A stretch of DNA of 64,000 nucleotides from Candidatus Doudnabacteria bacterium (GCA_019659055.1 JAIFWV010000001.1:6123-70122); one strand, 5' to 3'; counted from the first letter of the stretch, positions 1 through 9,544 are shown. Made by a program: numbers and translations. The notes: generated by a model not told the origin, from the letters alone.

Positions 1-64
1 GTACGCGGCGTTGGCTTAAGTTTGAAAACGCAGGCCATCCCCACCTCAACTTCTAGGAGGCTAC

Positions 65-1597
65 ATGAGGCACAACATGCCTTACCAGTTGAGGCCTTTA
101 GGTCACACCTCGGCTTCCGGCCTCAAAGACGCTATTTCGTGCGAAGCCAAGCATGGCTACACACGGAATTGCATTGGCGTGCCGGAATTCCCACAGCCAG
201 TTGCGGCCGTCTACGGAATAGTGTTCCATTTCTTTGCCGAGTATTTGGGGCGGAAATTTTGGAACATTGCCAGCAGAGAAGGGAAGCTTCCCCGTGATGC
301 AGGTCTAAGGGAAAGCAGAAAAGCTGCCAATTTTCTCCGGTGGGTGCTCAAATGCCGGATTGGCCCTCGCGGATACAAAAGAAAGGGAAACCCACCTGTG
401 AAGATACGGTGGTTTTATCCCCGCAAGCAATTACAAATGTCCGACACGGAATACCAGGCCGCCATCAAAGAGAAAATGGGGCAAATGTCTGGAAGCCTCT
501 ATAACGCCATCGAGGCTTACCGTCTGAGCTACACCTTGCCGAACCGCTGTAACGACATGAAGTTCGAATTGCCGTTCAAGGGCGAGACTTTGCGTGTGGT
601 TTTTCCTGACGGACGAATCTTGTTTGTAAAGCTGGACGGTTTCATTGATTGGATTAGGTTTTTTCCATCTGATCAATTCGAAGTTGCAGACTTCAAGACC
701 GGCTGGATCATAGGCAAGTACCGAGACCGTAGTGTAGTTGTGGAAGACATTCAGATGACTATCTACGACTATATTTGCAGAGTGATCTACGATGCCCCGC
801 CCATAAACATGTTCATACAACCTATGGACATACCATCATGGCTGCTCAAAGAGCATGGGCCATACGCCATGCAGAAACTGCGGATACCTATCGAACCTGC
901 CCCGCGAACACAAGAACACTTCGACGACCTTAAGCTTTTGGCCGCGGATGTGTTTGAGATGGCAAATATCGTAGCCGAGGCTCACAAATATACGCAATCG
1001 CAGATCTCCGAATGGGAGCCGCGCTCAAGTTTCGGCAAGAAAGCGGGCTTCGAGCAAAACGTCAGGGAATTGCGGTATATTCCGCGTATCGGTCCTGGGT
1101 GTGAGACGTGCAAATTTATCGGCTTGTGTCAGAGCGACAATGCCCAGGATTGGAAAGACTACGCTGCCAAACACGGAACTTTGGATGCGGAGCCGGTGGA
1201 GGACCCTTTCCTAGTCGAACCCAAGATCGAGGTGGCCCAAGGTCAGCAGAACTTGATTTTTGACCTCAAGCCTAGGAGGTCACGGTACATCGCTAAATCT
1301 GCCAGGCAGATTCGAAATGAGATGCTTGCCAGCAAGCAGTTTGTACCGATCAAGACTTTGCAAAAGACCAAAGATCGTCCGACCGTGACCGGCATGGTGC
1401 CGTTCTTCAACAAGATTCTCGAGTGGATGCGTGAGACTGGGGATTGTCCCTGCCTCAAGCAGAATCTATTCCCGATTCACGTCGCACCCTATCTTCAGGA
1501 ACTTTACTTTGGCAAAATCAGCCTGGCGAAGGTTTTGTCCGAGTGTAAGTGCCAAGAGTGTCCAAGGAGGACACAAAACAAACAAGAAGCAAGTTAG
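65..1597 (+). CDS. PD-(D/E)XK nuclease, Cas4/AddB-like (PDDEXK_1), with extra C-terminal Cys-rich tail
   Basis: AGGAGG SD; N-terminal SASGL..AISC motif; GFIDWI..VADFKTG..DIQMTIY nuclease motifs; CETCKFIGLC cluster; C-terminal CPC...CKCQECP. Confidence 0.75.
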   Translation: MRHNMPYQLRPLGHTSASGLKDAISCEAKHGYTRNCIGVPEFPQPVAAVYGIVFHFFAEYLGRKFWNIASREGKLPRDAGLRESRKAANFLRWVLKCRIGPRGYKRKGNPPVKIRWFYPRKQLQMSDTEYQAAIKEKMGQMSGSLYNAIEAYRLSYTLPNRCNDMKFELPFKGETLRVVFPDGRILFVKLDGFIDWIRFFPSDQFEVADFKTGWIIGKYRDRSVVVEDIQMTIYDYICRVIYDAPPINMFIQPMDIPSWLLKEHGPYAMQKLRIPIEPAPRTQEHFDDLKLLAADVFEMANIVAEAHKYTQSQISEWEPRSSFGKKAGFEQNVRELRYIPRIGPGCETCKFIGLCQSDNAQDWKDYAAKHGTLDAEPVEDPFLVEPKIEVAQGQQNLIFDLKPRRSRYIAKSARQIRNEMLASKQFVPIKTLQKTKDRPTVTGMVPFFNKILEWMRETGDCPCLKQNLFPIHVAPYLQELYFGKISLAKVLSECKCQECPRRTQNKQEAS

Positions 1598-1598
1598 C

Positions 1599-1635
1599 AA
1601 CTCTGCAGTACTTCCCAGCACTGCAGAGTTTTTTT
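1599..1635 (+). terminator. Intrinsic terminator
   Basis: AACTCTGCAG/CTGCAGAGTT inverted repeat plus T run right after the stop codon. Confidence 0.85.
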
Positions 1636-1673
1636 ATTTACGGAATTTGGTATAATGCCAGCCAGGAGGAATT

Positions 1674-2261
1674 ATGGGTTTAGATCATGGAGACGAATTG
1701 GCAAGTCTGAGACTTGTCAGTGATCACGATTTTGTCCGGATGTTGCTCGATACACTTTGGGCGTTCTATGATTCAGGCGGCATATCCTGCGACCGTTCAT
1801 TGCGAGCGTCAGCCGTAGAGGCAGCGCGGAGGCTTCTCCCGGGGGAAGATCCTGCCACAAACAATTTGTCCGAATGCAAATGGTCTCTTGCGGACATTTT
1901 TTACGAGGCCAAAAGCCGCGCTCCGCAGGCTCGCCAGGTTTTCCTATTCCCGGTGACGAAAAACCTTGTTAGCATGCTTGATTCACAACTTGCTGTATTG
2001 ATAATAAAATCCCTCGTGAGGACGTTACATTCGGAGACAGCAATTGACGATGTAGACGCGAACGCGTTTGATCTAAATCTGCTTTACTGGAGCTTGAAAT
2101 TTCTGCCAGCACTTGTAAAGTATCCGAATATTTCCCTGGGAGTCTTACTAGAGGAGGAGCGACGACGCGCACACTGCCGCAGACAGTCGGAGTACAACTA
2201 CATGCAGTCGATCGGATGCGGTGCCTGGCCAACATGTGATTATCCAAACCAGAGATTTTGA
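1674..2261 (+). CDS. Hypothetical protein
   Basis: 195-aa ORF; TGgTATAAT -10 and AGGAGG SD upstream; terminator downstream. Confidence 0.7.
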   Translation: MGLDHGDELASLRLVSDHDFVRMLLDTLWAFYDSGGISCDRSLRASAVEAARRLLPGEDPATNNLSECKWSLADIFYEAKSRAPQARQVFLFPVTKNLVSMLDSQLAVLIIKSLVRTLHSETAIDDVDANAFDLNLLYWSLKFLPALVKYPNISLGVLLEEERRRAHCRRQSEYNYMQSIGCGAWPTCDYPNQRF

Positions 2262-2285
2262 TAAACTCAAGTCTCTGGTTTTTTT
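2246..2285 (+). terminator. Intrinsic terminator
   Basis: AAACCAGAGA/TCTCTGGTTT hairpin plus T run. Confidence 0.75.
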
Positions 2286-2350
2286 ATCCAGTTGAACGGT
2301 TATATTTTTAATGATTTAATCTTTTTGTAATTAAAAAGCATACCAAGCTT

Positions 2351-2533
2351 ATGCCAAGAAAATATGGAAAGAAGGCTCAGGCCAAAGTCAAAAACGCCAT
2401 GCATGAAATGAAGCAGGGGAAACTCAGGAGCGGCAATTCCGGCAAGAAAGTCAAAAGCCGCAAGCAGGCGATAGCGATAGGATTATCTGAGGCGAGGAAG
2501 TCCGGGGCCAAGGTCCCGAAGAAGAAAAAATAG
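2351..2533 (+). CDS. Small basic protein, DUF6496-like
   Basis: KVKNAMHEMKQGKLRSG...VKSRKQAIAIGLSEAR signature. Confidence 0.8.
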   Translation: MPRKYGKKAQAKVKNAMHEMKQGKLRSGNSGKKVKSRKQAIAIGLSEARKSGAKVPKKKK

Positions 2534-2572
2534 GACCCGGCTCCATGGGGAATGGAGTCGGGTCAAGCGTGA

Positions 2573-2698
2573 TCAGTGGAAGATGAACCAGACAACCTGC
2601 CTGTGGATGGGGCGAGCATGGATCACGGCACGGATTGGCCGTGTGCGTGATCGTCCCCGTTTGTGTCGGCGGTGGCAGGGCTGGTTTGTGTACGACAT
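2573..2698 (-). CDS. 41-aa Arg/His-rich small protein (MSYTNQPCHRRHKRGRSRTRPIRAVIHARPIHRQVVWFIFH)
   Basis: Not in ORF track; AGGAGG SD; TTGACG-17-TAAGCT promoter at 2793-2765; hairpin at 2534-2564 downstream. Confidence 0.55.
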   Translation of the reverse strand: MSYTNQPCHRRHKRGRSRTRPIRAVIHARPIHRQVVWFIFH

Positions 2699-2838
2699 TT
2701 CAGCGCGTCCTCCTGCGTGAGAGTTGACCGTGTAAGCCCCTGATAGGCTTGGGTGGTTGCTTATAGCTTAACAATTTGCCTAGAAATCGTCAAAACGGCT
2801 TATTTAAGCCATTTTTTTGTATCTAATTAGCGTAAGCA

Positions 2839-2867
2839 TTGACACGGGAGCAATTCGGTGCTATACT
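2839..2867 (+). promoter_or_regulatory. sigma70-type promoter
   Basis: TTGACA-17 nt-TATACT with TG extension. Confidence 0.8.
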
Positions 2868-2938
2868 TACTCTTGTACCAAGGTCCACGGAGGATCTCAC
2901 AACATCTGTCCATGCCACGCGTCTACGAGGGAGGCAGT

Positions 2939-3067
2939 ATGATCCGAGGCTCGCCGACCAGCAGCCCCACCCATGATTCATTGCCGGTCCACTTCACCAC
3001 GACGACGGACAACATCGCGATTCCCGACATCACCGCGGCCGACGCGCGCGGCGCCGGCGGGGCGTAG
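2939..3067 (+). CDS. Putative 42-aa small protein in a stand-alone transcription unit
   Basis: GAGGGAGG SD before ATG; promoter at 2839; terminator at 3152-3187. Confidence 0.35.
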   Translation: MIRGSPTSSPTHDSLPVHFTTTTDNIAIPDITAADARGAGGA

Positions 3068-3230
3068 ATCACGCCCGCCGCGAGCCCCAGCGCACCTGGA
3101 GCGTACGACATGAAGGAAATTCCTGACACGTAGGTGTTCAACGCACGTCTGGCCGGTTCTCTCTACGAGGACCGGCTTTTTCTTTTTCACAAAATTATAT
3201 ATAATGTTTCTGTTATTAATAAAGAAATAA

Positions 3231-3383
3231 ATGCCACATTATGTTTGCCCTTCGTGCGGCAGTATGTCCGAGGGCCCACAAGCCTGCGAGACTGGTGCCT
3301 GTCCTATGATCGGCCGCGAGATGCTCGAGTGCAATTGCACAGATGAACAGCATGGAGAAATCATGGGAAAAGCGGCTGTTTAG
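3231..3383 (+). CDS. 50-aa Cys-rich putative zinc-binding protein (MPHYVCPSCG...C...C...CNC...H)
   Basis: Not in ORF track; 6 Cys plus His in a metal-binding pattern; TATAAT upstream; hairpin and T run downstream. Confidence 0.7.
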   Translation: MPHYVCPSCGSMSEGPQACETGACPMIGREMLECNCTDEQHGEIMGKAAV

Positions 3384-3526
3384 AAGCGATAATCAATTCG
3401 GAGTTTACTCCGGATTTTTTATTTGGCAAACATCCAAAATTTTTTCCAAGATTATAGACATCCGACCGATTGAAACACAACACCGCGTAACAGATAATTA
3501 GTCAGTAATTAAACGAAAGGTCTTTT

Positions 3527-4171
3527 ATGAGAAAACAACTTGCGGCAGGAATAGCAACCGCCAGTTTGATTTTTGGCAGTTTTGTTTTGTTCTCCCTGCC
3601 CGCTACGAATGCAGCCTCGGCGGCTACACTCTCACCTTGGGTCTATGATCCGGGCGCCGCATGCCCAGGAGTTTCTTCGACTGTGAGCGCAACCGGTGCA
3701 TTGACCCTGAGTAAACCTTGTCCGACCCCAACCAACGCCTCAGCCGGAGCACAGATTACCGGACTTGAAGGTCAGTCGACCACTGGCCTGACGCTCAGCT
3801 ACGACGTCGCAGGTTATTGCGGAGCTGGCGCGCCAAGGTTCAACGTTTATCTATCCGATGGTTCAACAGTCTTCCTCGGATGTATATACGGCAATGACGG
3901 TACAGGTCACGTGAGCTTTACAGCCGGAAACACCTACGGCGGGGTTTTATTCCCAACAGGGGCCACAATCACTGGTATCGATATCGTTCAGGACGAAACA
4001 GGGACCACAACTCTTTCAAACATTTCCGTAAACGGCACACCTGTGATGGTGAGTGCGCAGACACTCAAGGATCAATGCAAGAACGGCGGTTGGATGACGA
4101 TGACGGATGCCAGCGGTAACTCATTCAAGAATCAAGGGCAGTGCGTAAGTTACTTCGCCAGACAGAAATAA
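3527..4171 (+). CDS. Secreted protein with C-terminal DQCKNGGW...FKNQGQCVSY module
   Basis: Signal peptide ending ASA; beta-rich Thr/Gly body; Cys pairs. Confidence 0.75.
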   Translation: MRKQLAAGIATASLIFGSFVLFSLPATNAASAATLSPWVYDPGAACPGVSSTVSATGALTLSKPCPTPTNASAGAQITGLEGQSTTGLTLSYDVAGYCGAGAPRFNVYLSDGSTVFLGCIYGNDGTGHVSFTAGNTYGGVLFPTGATITGIDIVQDETGTTTLSNISVNGTPVMVSAQTLKDQCKNGGWMTMTDASGNSFKNQGQCVSYFARQK

Positions 4172-4192
4172 TTAATCAGAAGGGATAAACTT

Positions 4193-4492
4193 ATGTATAA
4201 ATCACTAGCGATTGGGGTTGGGTTGGCGGTAATTATCTTTGCAACATTTGCGTTTGTCTTCGTGAATTCCGGAGCGCAGGCGGCCTATTGCGACCAGTCG
4301 TCCAACGGCTGTGAACATTCGATGGGCAACACGATTTGCGCCGGACACGGGGCATTTGGGGCCTTTGGAGAGCAGGGTGACGTCTACCATGATTTCCGAG
4401 GTGGTGCCAACGGAGATGCGACTGCGTTCAATAACTCCACTCTCTGCGGCAATCCTCAGGGAGCTGCCGGGGTCCTCGAACCAGCTCTGTAA
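4193..4492 (+). CDS. Small secreted Gly/Cys-rich protein
   Basis: Signal peptide ending AQA; 4 Cys; follows the previous gene; terminator at ~4505-4538. Confidence 0.65.
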   Translation: MYKSLAIGVGLAVIIFATFAFVFVNSGAQAAYCDQSSNGCEHSMGNTICAGHGAFGAFGEQGDVYHDFRGGANGDATAFNNSTLCGNPQGAAGVLEPAL

Positions 4493-4571
4493 TTTGGTTG
4501 AAATAAACTCCGTCCAAACGGGCGGGGTTTTATTTTTTGTGCTATAGTAGCCGAAAGGAAGGAGGCAGGCA

Positions 4572-4820
4572 ATGACTCTGCCGGCCATCGGTTGGGGACA
4601 CGTGGAGAAGACTGTCTTTGAGCTCGATGCGCTCGAAGGATTGCAGTGCGGCTGCGTTGCAGCAGCCTACACGACTCAGCCCTGGGGTGTTCCAGTAGTA
4701 CTACTGGAGGCCAAAGGCCCTTACTGCATTCTCGCCGGCCACACGAATGGCGAGATCCTGCGAATTGGGGACGCGGACAACGACTCGGAGCAAGAGGACG
4801 ACGATGAAGACGAAGCGTGA
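4572..4820 (+). CDS. Hypothetical acidic-tailed protein
   Basis: AAGGAGG SD; TGcTATAGT -10; hairpin after stop. Confidence 0.6.
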   Translation: MTLPAIGWGHVEKTVFELDALEGLQCGCVAAAYTTQPWGVPVVLLEAKGPYCILAGHTNGEILRIGDADNDSEQEDDDEDEA

Positions 4821-4930
4821 TGTGAGCATCACATAGCCTGGTTTCAAGCACCGAAAAAAGCTTGGAACCAGGTTTTTCATTTGGCAAAATATACACTGGA
4901 CCCGCGCTCTGTTCCTGCTAAATTAAACTC

Positions 4931-5677
4931 ATGAAAGCTTACGTTGGAACATCGGGCTGGCAATACAAACATTGGAACGCCAGATTCTTTCCGGAAGATC
5001 TTCCCAAGAAAGACTGGTTGCCATTTTTGGCGTCCAAATTCAAAACGGTGGAAGTCAACACGACTTTTTACCACATGGCGCGCGTCTCCACTTTCCAGAA
5101 ATGGAAACAAGAAGTCCCGCCTGGGTTTTTGTTTACTCTCAAATTTTATCGATTGTTCACACATTTCAAGAAACTAAATTTTGAAAAGCAAGACTTAGAA
5201 ACGCTTGAAGCATTTTTTCGGAATGGGGCCAAACTTGGACGTAAGCTTGGCCCGATACTGGTCCAATTTCCGCCAAGCCTCGGCGTGAATTTAGAAAAAC
5301 TAGGATTCTTGCTTTCGGAGGTCCGGAAAATCGAAAAGAAGCTCAAGAAAAAATTTAAAATTGCGTGTGAGTTCCGGCACAAAACTTGGTTTACGGAAGA
5401 AGTGTATGAATTTATGCGCCAGCAGAAAGCAGCGTTTGTTATTACCAATTCTCCGGCTTGGCCCTCGCAAGTAATCAAAACCGCCGATTTCGTGTACATG
5501 CGATTCCATGGCAGGACAAAGCTCTTTGCCTCCAACTATACCGAGAAGGAATTGGAGCAATGGGCCAAGATTCTCAAGGCTTTGAAAGCCAAAGAAGTTT
5601 ATGCCTACTTCAACAACGATGCCAACGCTTACGCCGCCGACAATGCCCAGTACCTCAAGAAGCTTTTAGACTCTTGA
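4931..5677 (+). CDS. DUF72 (YecE/YunF-like) protein
   Basis: VGTSGWQYKHW, VEVNTTFY, QFPPS, EFRH, YMRFHG, YFNND motifs. Confidence 0.9.
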   Translation: MKAYVGTSGWQYKHWNARFFPEDLPKKDWLPFLASKFKTVEVNTTFYHMARVSTFQKWKQEVPPGFLFTLKFYRLFTHFKKLNFEKQDLETLEAFFRNGAKLGRKLGPILVQFPPSLGVNLEKLGFLLSEVRKIEKKLKKKFKIACEFRHKTWFTEEVYEFMRQQKAAFVITNSPAWPSQVIKTADFVYMRFHGRTKLFASNYTEKELEQWAKILKALKAKEVYAYFNNDANAYAADNAQYLKKLLDS

Positions 5678-5752
5678 CGCTGGCTGAAAACTGCTATAAA
5701 ATGTATAAACCATTAATAAACAATAGCTTTACTCTATTGCAAGTAAACTAAC

Positions 5753-5910
5753 ATGTTCAATAGTCGTAACTACAATTCAATCTCGGACTGGACACCCCAT
5801 ATTGGTGTTTTGGGCATTTCAATTGTCGCGATTTTAGGCTTGGACAGGTTGGTTTCGAAACGAAACTAAAACCTCTCGAATTCTAATACCGCGGCGAACG
5901 CGGTTTTTTT
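5753..5910 (+). promoter_or_regulatory. Putative leader peptide (38 aa, 5753-5869) plus terminator attenuator
   Basis: TTGACG-17-TAAAAT promoter at 5674-5702; uORF; ACCGCG/CGCGGT plus T7 hairpin before the ABC gene. Confidence 0.5.
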
Positions 5911-5941
5911 GTTTGCACATTTACAATCTACAGGAGGAGAG

Positions 5942-7708
5942 ATGAACAACGAACTCATCCGGAAAATTTTGCAGCTCTATAGGTCCAACAAGAGGTTGCA
6001 AGAAGCTTTTCCAGAATTGAAAGCTCTGGCCCTGAAGTTCTTTGGCTGGCAAACACTTTCCGAATTCAGCCTAGTCGGGCAAGTCTACTTCATCAAGTTT
6101 TACGTAGACGCTGTGACGAATCACGACCTGACTCGTCTTTACAGTCTGCCTGTCGCCGCTTGGTTGATCTACAGAATGGGTTTGTGGCTGCACGAACAGC
6201 AAGACAATTGCAAGAACGATTTCTATATGCGCTTCCGCTCGGTTTTGTGGAGCGAGGCACATCGGAAAGAGTTGACCCTTTCCACGGATTGGCATATTGC
6301 TCATGGTACGGGTGAGAAGGAAGCTATCATCGCCAAGAACACAAACAAAGTCGATGATTTGGTCGATGCGTTTTTGTTCCGGGCATTCCCTTTGACCCTC
6401 CGCCTCGTTCTGACTACTCCGGCCATGTTCCTTCTTGGGGCCAAATACGGATTCCTTGCTCTGGCTACTGTCGCTTCGTACATTTGGCAGCTTAGACGCA
6501 ATGAGCCGCTCGTTTCGCCCATGCATGCGGAATTCAATTCGGATAATAGAAAGCTCGAGCTATTCGGCTCTGAACTCACGCAGAACTGGCGGCCGATTCG
6601 CGCTTTCGGAATCGAAGATTACTTCGCCGATCGGAACGAGCAACTGCTCAGATGGGCCGCAGGCCGGGAGCATACACGGCACCGTGCCTGGCGGAAAATC
6701 ATGCTGAAGCTGGATATCGTGGTAATTACTTACTCCGCAGCATTGTTCGGCGTTGTAATTAACGCCCATGCTTCGGATCTGGGTTCAATCGCTCTGGCGA
6801 TTGCGTGGATGCAGAGGATATATAGTAATTTCTACAATCTTTCTGACTTCCAGCGAAGCCTCTACCATGGTAAACATGCGCTCGGTGAGCTGTTAGACAT
6901 AATGCTCACAGTACCTACAGTGAGACAGTCTGTCGATCCGGTTTGGCCGAAAGAAATTTGCGGGCAAATGGAATTCCGGAACCTCTGTTTTGGTTACCGG
7001 GAAGAATCGCCAATTCTGTCCAACATCAACCTTCGGGTTGAGGCAAACCAGATCGTGGCGCTAATTGGCAAGACCGGCAGCGGCAAGACAACCCTCGCGT
7101 CTTTGGCGCAACGAGAGTTCGACCCGATTCAAGGCTCAATAATGCTCGACGGGTTGGATTTACGGACTTTGGATTTCCGTAGGTATCGGCGTGAGGCGAT
7201 AGCGGTAGTGCATCAACACTCAAGCTTATTTGACGACACTATCGCCAACAACATCACGATTAGTCGCGAGCTGACTCGCATCGAAGAAGACCTGCAGCTG
7301 GCCTGCCGGCAGGCATTTCTGGAAGAATTTCTGGAACGATTGCCGCTGGGACTGGAGACCATGATTGGTGAAAACGGCATTCGCCTGTCGGGGGGACAAA
7401 GACAGCGCATCGCAATCGCCCGAGCCCTCTATCGTAAGCCGAAAATCCTGATCTTGGACGAGCCTACTTCTGCACTTGATCCAGACTCGCAGGCCCAAGT
7501 GCAAAAGGCGATTGACGAGTTGATTCGGCGCCGGACGTGTACGATTTTGATCATCGCTCACAGGTTTAGCACTATAGAAAATGCGGACAAGATCGTTGTT
7601 CTCGATGCGGGCCGGATTGTCGAAATCGGAACGCATGAGGAGCTTTCGCGGAAAAACGGTTTGTATTCGCACTTCAAGAATCTAGAAATGGGAGGAGCAT
7701 TGGTTTGA
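5942..7708 (+). CDS. ABC exporter, fused TMD-NBD (MsbA/MdlB-like)
   Basis: GKTGSGKT Walker A, LSGGQRQR signature, ILILDE Walker B; AGGAGG SD before ATG 5942. Confidence 0.9.
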   Translation: MNNELIRKILQLYRSNKRLQEAFPELKALALKFFGWQTLSEFSLVGQVYFIKFYVDAVTNHDLTRLYSLPVAAWLIYRMGLWLHEQQDNCKNDFYMRFRSVLWSEAHRKELTLSTDWHIAHGTGEKEAIIAKNTNKVDDLVDAFLFRAFPLTLRLVLTTPAMFLLGAKYGFLALATVASYIWQLRRNEPLVSPMHAEFNSDNRKLELFGSELTQNWRPIRAFGIEDYFADRNEQLLRWAAGREHTRHRAWRKIMLKLDIVVITYSAALFGVVINAHASDLGSIALAIAWMQRIYSNFYNLSDFQRSLYHGKHALGELLDIMLTVPTVRQSVDPVWPKEICGQMEFRNLCFGYREESPILSNINLRVEANQIVALIGKTGSGKTTLASLAQREFDPIQGSIMLDGLDLRTLDFRRYRREAIAVVHQHSSLFDDTIANNITISRELTRIEEDLQLACRQAFLEEFLERLPLGLETMIGENGIRLSGGQRQRIAIARALYRKPKILILDEPTSALDPDSQAQVQKAIDELIRRRTCTILIIAHRFSTIENADKIVVLDAGRIVEIGTHEELSRKNGLYSHFKNLEMGGALV

Positions 7709-7712
7709 TACT

Positions 7713-7750
7713 CCAGGGGTTTACGCCGCATGCGTGACCCCTGGTTTTTT
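7713..7750 (+). terminator. Intrinsic terminator
   Basis: CCAGGGGT/ACCCCTGG hairpin plus T run. Confidence 0.8.
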
Positions 7751-7768
7751 GTTATACTAAATACATCT

Positions 7769-9544
7769 ATGCAATCATCAACGAAACAAACATACAAAAT
7801 ATTTTGGAGACATGCCCGGCTATATCCTCTCCCGATATTCATCATGCTGTTCTCAATGGTTACCACATCGGCAACCGATCTCTACGTTCCATTGTTGTAC
7901 AAAAAACTCTTCAATCTTCTAACATCACCCGAATCAGTAGCACTTGCTTTAGGAGTTGTTTGGATGGTGCTTGCCGTAAAGTTTATTAATTGGTTTGGAT
8001 GGCGGGCCGGCTCACGTGCTCTGAATTTTTGGCAGCCGAAAGTAATGGCCGATCTTGTGAATAGCAGCTTTGAGTATTTGCAGGGGCATTCTTATAATTT
8101 TTTTACAAACAGGTTTGCAGGCAGTTTGGTGAGGACCGTGAATCGCTTCGAAAGAGCTTTCGAGGATATTTCAGATATAATCTTTTTTGAAATTGGCCAA
8201 ACATTTATTCGCGTCAGCGCGACGATAATTATTCTATTTTTTCAGTACAAAATTTTGGGGCTGATTGTTCTAGTCTGGGTTATTTTATACTGTTTATTTA
8301 TTTTGCTCTTTGCCAGGTATAAATTAAAGTATGACGTCCAATTAGCAGATACTGATTCGGCTGTCACAGGACATTTATCCGACACAATCAGTAATAATAT
8401 CAATCTTAAGATTTTTGGCGGTACAAAAAAGGAATTAGTTCATTTTAAAAAACTAACAGACAAACTATTCAGACTTCGCAACTATTCCTGGAATTTGAGC
8501 GCGTATAATGAAGCAATTCAGGGCGCAATGTTTATTTTCCTTGAGTTTGCGGCCATTTATACCGCCGTACATTACTGGGGGTTGGGGAGGTTAACACTTG
8601 GTGATATCATCTTGGTCCAGGGTTATATAACTTTGATATTTAATAACAGCTGGAATTTGGGAAGAAATGTTCGCAGGCTTTACGAGCGCATTGCCGATGC
8701 CAAGGAATTGACCGATATTTTACTCACACCGCATGAAGTAATGGATGTTCATGATGCGAAAAGTTTGAAAGTTGTCAGCGGCGAGATTGTATTCAAAAAT
8801 GTCGGGTTTAAATACAATAATCAAAATAATATTTTGCACGGATTTAACCTAAGCATTCCAGCCGGCCAGCGCGTAGCACTAGTGGGTCCTTCCGGAGGAG
8901 GTAAAACTACACTTATAAAATTGTTATTTCGCTTCATGGACATACAAGCCGGACAAATTCTGATCGACGGCTCTGAGATCGCTAAGGTAACTCAAGAAAG
9001 TTTACGAAACAATATCGCGTTAGTTCCGCAAGAACCTATTTTATTTCATAGATCATTGTTTGATAATATCTCCTACGCAAAACCCAATGCAACCAAGGCT
9101 GAAGTTGAAAAAGCTGCAAAATTGGCGCATGCCCATGAGTTCATTATGAACTTTCCCGATAAATACGGATCCTTCGTTGGAGAGAGAGGGGTTAAGCTTT
9201 CGGGTGGAGAGCGGCAGCGCGTGGCGATTGCCCGGGCAATTCTTAAGAATGCCCCAATTCTGGTTTTGGACGAAGCCACTTCAAGTTTGGATTCGGAATC
9301 CGAATCCCTGATTCAAGACGCGCTTCATACCCTTATGAAAGGGCGGACCACCATTGCAATAGCACATAGACTTTCTACCATAAAGGACTCGGACCGAATT
9401 ATCGTCATTGAATCCGGTAAAATTGTTGCGGATGGAGATCATAAGACGTTATTAAAAGTAAACAACGGTATTTACCAAAAGCTTTGGGAAATACAAGCGG
9501 GAGGTTTCGAAACAGCCGAAAGCAAAAAGGCAAATGCCAATTGA
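7769..9544 (+). CDS. ABC exporter, fused TMD-NBD
   Basis: GPSGGGKT, LSGGERQR, LVLDEATS; N-terminal TM helices; start moved past the terminator. Confidence 0.92.
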   Translation: MQSSTKQTYKIFWRHARLYPLPIFIMLFSMVTTSATDLYVPLLYKKLFNLLTSPESVALALGVVWMVLAVKFINWFGWRAGSRALNFWQPKVMADLVNSSFEYLQGHSYNFFTNRFAGSLVRTVNRFERAFEDISDIIFFEIGQTFIRVSATIIILFFQYKILGLIVLVWVILYCLFILLFARYKLKYDVQLADTDSAVTGHLSDTISNNINLKIFGGTKKELVHFKKLTDKLFRLRNYSWNLSAYNEAIQGAMFIFLEFAAIYTAVHYWGLGRLTLGDIILVQGYITLIFNNSWNLGRNVRRLYERIADAKELTDILLTPHEVMDVHDAKSLKVVSGEIVFKNVGFKYNNQNNILHGFNLSIPAGQRVALVGPSGGGKTTLIKLLFRFMDIQAGQILIDGSEIAKVTQESLRNNIALVPQEPILFHRSLFDNISYAKPNATKAEVEKAAKLAHAHEFIMNFPDKYGSFVGERGVKLSGGERQRVAIARAILKNAPILVLDEATSSLDSESESLIQDALHTLMKGRTTIAIAHRLSTIKDSDRIIVIESGKIVADGDHKTLLKVNNGIYQKLWEIQAGGFETAESKKANAN

